Positions 33,339 through 36,370 of a DNA stretch of 36,370 nucleotides are shown piece by piece (positions within the stretch are counted from its first letter, which is position 1; every line of letters starts with the position of its first letter). The DNA is from a virus (Duplodnaviria; Caudoviricetes). The position numbers and the translations under genes were made by a program. The DNA lies in the IMG/VR virus record IMGVR_UViG_3300020043_007103, positions 1-36,370 of that record. The stretch is one strand, 5' to 3'. The notes below the pieces were generated by a model. It made no database searches and had not been told where the DNA came from. It worked only from the letters and a program-made list of their open reading frames with translations.

Positions 33339-33376
33339 ACAGTTTCTCCTGGGTGAGCGCGTAACTGCGCAACTGG

Positions 33377-33405
33377 ACTATAACACAGTACCTTAGCCAA
33401 GACAA
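33377..33405 (-). promoter_or_regulatory. Promoter of the lipoprotein moron
   Basis: TTGTCT-17 nt-TATAGT with extended -10 TG. Confidence 0.6.
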
Positions 33406-33633
33406 CTACACTACGCCGATGAATTTATCGTTATCATCGGTCAAGAAATTCTTAAGCAAATACCCGATCATCGCAAGTGATCCAGTAGTAAAAATGCTTT
33501 CCAGATCTTGCATGGTCAGATGGAAACCATGGGCTTTGATAACCGATTCAAGCGTAGTCAGTACCGCAACAAGTACGGCGACAACTAACCCTTTAAACAG
33601 ATCTTGTGCATTGAGTTTGAAGATAGAGCTCAT
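33406..33633 (-). CDS. Putative holin
   Basis: 75 aa with two hydrophobic segments; adjacent to the lysin-position gene. Confidence 0.7.
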   Translation of the reverse strand: MSSIFKLNAQDLFKGLVVAVLVAVLTTLESVIKAHGFHLTMQDLESIFTTGSLAMIGYLLKNFLTDDNDKFIGVV

Positions 33634-33634
33634 A

Positions 33635-34738
33635 TTATCGTTTACTAATTAACATAATTAAAGCGTCACGCCATTGTGATTTATCGAGGTCTTTCATATA
33701 TGGCCAATAATCAGACTGGGTAATGTCCATGGCTGGACCATTCGGGATGAGTTCAAGCGCTTCGTGGTTAATCTCGATATAGCCTTTACTGCGACCACCA
33801 AAGGCCAGGAAGGTGTCCATATCCGGAAATGCCATCTTGGTATCCTTAGTGATGAAGTAAATAGCTCGGCTATCTTTGTCTTTTACGAATTGGCCCTGGT
33901 AATTGGCAATAACTTTTGCTACTTCCGGCGGCATATCAATTTGCACGTATCGTTCATAACCGACTTTATCGAGAAAATCCATATCGATATAGAAGTACCC
34001 TTTATCACCCCAACCGGTACCGTAGGAATTCGGCGCCTTATACACTTTCCGACCCTGATAGTCGAAGTCATACCCATTAAGATCAAAGGCATGACCACCA
34101 ACAAAGAAACCTTTAATCATCCAGATAAGCCACGGCCAGCTGAATCCCCCGCCCATGTTAAAGCCCTGATACCAAGGCATACCGGTATGCAGGATTCGGC
34201 CTTCATCAAGCATCTTAAGCGTCTCGCTCCGGTTCTTGGTATAGAAGTAGCTTTTGCTTTTGTGCAGCGCGGCGTTATCCATCACTCTCTGCGTCAGCAG
34301 GTTCGCATCAGAATACTGTTCCCAGTCAACATCAGCATCCGGCAAAACACCCGCCTCCGGAATCCCGTATTTCTGGATACATTTCTGAATATCACGTAAG
34401 GCTGAGAATCCGTTACCTTGGACATAGCCCTCTCTCCGAGCTATGGCGACAAGGCCCCGGACGCTGAGTTCTACCCCCTCGTCCTGTTCTTTCTGCATCG
34501 TTGCCGAATTCATGACGCAGGTATTGAAGGAACGCTGATTTTTAAGCCATTTGATCGGAATCTCATGACGGGTATGTTTAGGCTGGTATTCACCCCAACC
34601 AAAGATACCGAGTTTGAAATCACGATCGTCTTCTTCGCCACGGAGTAAGCCTGTACCGAGTGTTCTACCGTCCCGATCTTTCTCACCCCAAAGACGTTGC
34701 CGTATGGCCTGAAGCCATGGAAAAAGTTGCGGGATCAT
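33635..34738 (-). CDS. Papain-like (C1) cysteine peptidase, putative lysin
   Basis: NQRSFNTC (oxyanion Gln and catalytic Cys), GGHA (His), NSYGTGWGDKGYFYI (Asn); extra C-terminal domain VK....AIYFI....K.AFP....F..FG. Confidence 0.85.
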   Translation of the reverse strand: MIPQLFPWLQAIRQRLWGEKDRDGRTLGTGLLRGEEDDRDFKLGIFGWGEYQPKHTRHEIPIKWLKNQRSFNTCVMNSATMQKEQDEGVELSVRGLVAIARREGYVQGNGFSALRDIQKCIQKYGIPEAGVLPDADVDWEQYSDANLLTQRVMDNAALHKSKSYFYTKNRSETLKMLDEGRILHTGMPWYQGFNMGGGFSWPWLIWMIKGFFVGGHAFDLNGYDFDYQGRKVYKAPNSYGTGWGDKGYFYIDMDFLDKVGYERYVQIDMPPEVAKVIANYQGQFVKDKDSRAIYFITKDTKMAFPDMDTFLAFGGRSKGYIEINHEALELIPNGPAMDITQSDYWPYMKDLDKSQWRDALIMLISKR

Positions 34739-34740
34739 AG

Positions 34741-34887
34741 TTATTTCTTACCTTTTTTCTTAGTTCCACCGAGCATGCTAGAAGGTTTGGGGTACGTCTT
34801 CGGCGGTAATCCTGCGTTTCCTCCGCTGATAGCACCGCTTACCATCCCATATGAACCGAGTTTTTTGGTCGTTTTTTTGTTTGTCAT
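34741..34887 (-). CDS. 48-aa Lys/Gly-rich peptide
   Basis: MTNKKTTKKLGSYGMVSGAISGGNAGLPPKTYPKPSSMLGGTKKKGKK; exactly fills the gap. Confidence 0.55.
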   Translation of the reverse strand: MTNKKTTKKLGSYGMVSGAISGGNAGLPPKTYPKPSSMLGGTKKKGKK

Positions 34888-34888
34888 A

Positions 34889-35257
34889 TTATTTATTGTT
34901 TAAAATATTACTAATTAAAGATTGTTGTTTTTCTACTGAATCAAGACGTTGGTTCAATTTATAAGAATCAAGTTTTAGATCATAGACACTCCCGTTAAAT
35001 GACATTATATTTTGATTTGTATCTTTAATTTCGTTCCAAATAATCCCCATGAGAGCTGTCATATATCCCAGAACCCCGACCCCTATGGCAATATAGGTTT
35101 TCCACGAAACTTTTGATCGTTCGATTTTATCTAAATGGATATGGACTTTTTCAAATTCTTCTCTAGTTTCCTGAGACATTTTCTTGTGTTCAAAATACCC
35201 ATTCTTTTGAAGTTCTTGTACTAAGGTATCGAGGGCATCGGTTTGCATATTGGGCAT
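34889..35257 (-). CDS. Single-TM coiled-coil protein, possibly lysis-associated
   Basis: Central TM YIAIGVGVLGYMTALMGIIW flanked by coiled-coil segments. Confidence 0.7.
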   Translation of the reverse strand: MPNMQTDALDTLVQELQKNGYFEHKKMSQETREEFEKVHIHLDKIERSKVSWKTYIAIGVGVLGYMTALMGIIWNEIKDTNQNIMSFNGSVYDLKLDSYKLNQRLDSVEKQQSLISNILNNK

Positions 35258-35260
35258 AAA

Positions 35261-35857
35261 TTAATCACCAGCTAAGCTTAAGGCATCGAACGTATTAGCG
35301 GCCGGAACCGTGCCGATGACGTCAATGCTCACACCGATGTTTTTAACTGAACTGTCATACCGCGTATTTGGTTCTATATTAGAAGCCGTAGAATACCAAT
35401 ATTGTTCTGAGGGGGGGCTTGCATATTCGTTATAGAACCTGAAGAAATCAGTCACTGCGCTCGTTCGAGAGATATATACCCAATATCGCGTACCGGAATT
35501 AATCGTACTACCGCCACTTAGATTGATCGTCGTGGTACCAGCATTAAAACTGACGCTTGAGGCACTACCGTAACCGGTCGATGTTGATGCTTTGTCGGCC
35601 CGGATCGAAACGTCGCCTACAGGCGATCCGCTAATAGACTGAACGCGCAACAAGATCTGCGTTGGTACGCACGATGTCGTCGGTGTAAACGAGAAGGCAC
35701 CGTTATCATTTGGTGCGTTCCAGTTCCACCCCGTATTATTTCCCGTACTCGTATAGCTATAACACGTCACGGCTTGGGCCATCTCTGAACCGAGAAACGG
35801 AGCAATGATAACCGCTAATGCGACTAGTATCTTTAATCCCCTCTTTTTGATGTTCAT
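35261..35857 (-). CDS. Beta-sandwich protein with Sec signal peptide, downstream of the tail fibre
   Basis: MNIKKRGLKILVALAVIIAPFLGSEMAQA (n/h/c regions ending A-Q-A); FSFTP..GTRYWVYI; 2 Cys. Confidence 0.8.
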   Translation of the reverse strand: MNIKKRGLKILVALAVIIAPFLGSEMAQAVTCYSYTSTGNNTGWNWNAPNDNGAFSFTPTTSCVPTQILLRVQSISGSPVGDVSIRADKASTSTGYGSASSVSFNAGTTTINLSGGSTINSGTRYWVYISRTSAVTDFFRFYNEYASPPSEQYWYSTASNIEPNTRYDSSVKNIGVSIDVIGTVPAANTFDALSLAGD

Positions 35858-35860
35858 AGG

Positions 35861-36370
35861 TTAGTAATTTAAGCTTGAGCCAGCGTAATACTTACTCGAT
35901 GAAGCGTTATACACGAGCGTCACGATATCGACCTTGCTTGCCGTGGTCGTCCACGTCGGTGTCGAACCGCCTGAGAAAAGAACTGCTGCCGGGAATGTCG
36001 GAGCACGTGAGCCCGTGCCATCCTGACGGATATAGATCAGATAGCGGGCACCGTCTTGCGGGTTAGACAAGGTAAACGTCGTGCTGGTCCCCATGTGCAC
36101 GTCAACCACATTCCCGTTGTTGAAGTTAATCGTCGTCGCATTCGTACCTGCGGCCACATACTGCGTGCGCGAGAAATACTGGCCACTGGCGGCCATAGCC
36201 GGATTAGAGCTGTCGTTGACATCTACGCGGGCTACGGGCGTTGAAGTATTGATACCGATGAGACCGGTTCCAAGAATCGCGAGGCGTGATGTCGAGGAGG
36301 AAGCGTCATACACGTCCAGTGTCCGGGCGCTCAGCGTGCCATTACGGATCAAATACTGATGACCCGCACC
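35861..36370 (-). CDS. Tail fibre, C-terminal part (joined to 1..1395)
   Basis: In frame across the junction (..GAGHQYL-IRNGT..); TINFNNGN..TFTLSNP..IRQDGTGSR..FP..P..T..KVDI fibre tip-like domain. Confidence 0.85.
   Translation of the reverse strand, partial: GAGHQYLIRNGTLSARTLDVYDASSSTSRLAILGTGLIGINTSTPVARVDVNDSSNPAMAASGQYFSRTQYVAAGTNATTINFNNGNVVDVHMGTSTTFTLSNPQDGARYLIYIRQDGTGSRAPTFPAAVLFSGGSTPTWTTTASKVDIVTLVYNASSSKYYAGSSLNY
36350..36370. repeat. Terminal direct repeat, right copy
   Basis: CAAATACTGATGACCCGCACC; differs from 1-21 only at 36362. Confidence 0.9.

Noticed and set aside
32757-33356. 199-aa plus-strand ORF
   Set aside because: Antisense shadow of the high-GC lipoprotein gene; it also crosses the terminator.
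1-36370. Stop-codon reassignment (code 15 or 25) and an integrase/att module
   Set aside because: Core genes are intact under code 11, with TAA, TAG and TGA all used at tight gene junctions. No recombinase motif was recognised.

Overview
This window looks like an essentially complete, circularly permuted genome (about 36,349 bp) of a short-tailed, P22-like/podovirus-type dsDNA phage. The first and last 21 nt overlap with one synonymous mismatch, and a tail-fibre gene reads in frame across the junction. Two arms diverge from a control region at about 20.4-21.0 kb that carries sigma70-type promoters, DnaA boxes and a palindromic operator. The minus arm encodes an Acb2/Tad1-like sponge, VRR-NUC nuclease, terminase, portal, scaffold, capsid, adaptor, nozzle, LamG spike, ejection proteins and tail fibre. 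It then runs through the junction into a lysis cassette with a papain-like protease and a holin. The plus arm encodes a Sak4-like ATPase, an Ala-repeat protein, a tRNA-like RNA, a replication initiator with iterons, HNH, YopX, an XRE HTH and many small ORFs. I recognised no integrase, DNA polymerase, tape measure, reverse transcriptase or CRISPR array. Near-invariant T at -1 of start codons, scarce Shine-Dalgarno motifs and several protein motifs suggest a Patescibacteria (CPR) host; this is inference. The most striking features are: (1) Sec-type signal peptides or anchors on four virion-module proteins; (2) a 116-nt CCA-ending tRNA mimic with no normal anticodon loop; (3) a cysteine protease in the endolysin slot; (4) an opposite-strand membrane moron that echoes the ejection protein's DPLGL motif; and (5) an Acb2/Tad1-like gene behind a structured leader. 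All protein assignments are by eye from motifs and gene order; no searches were run.
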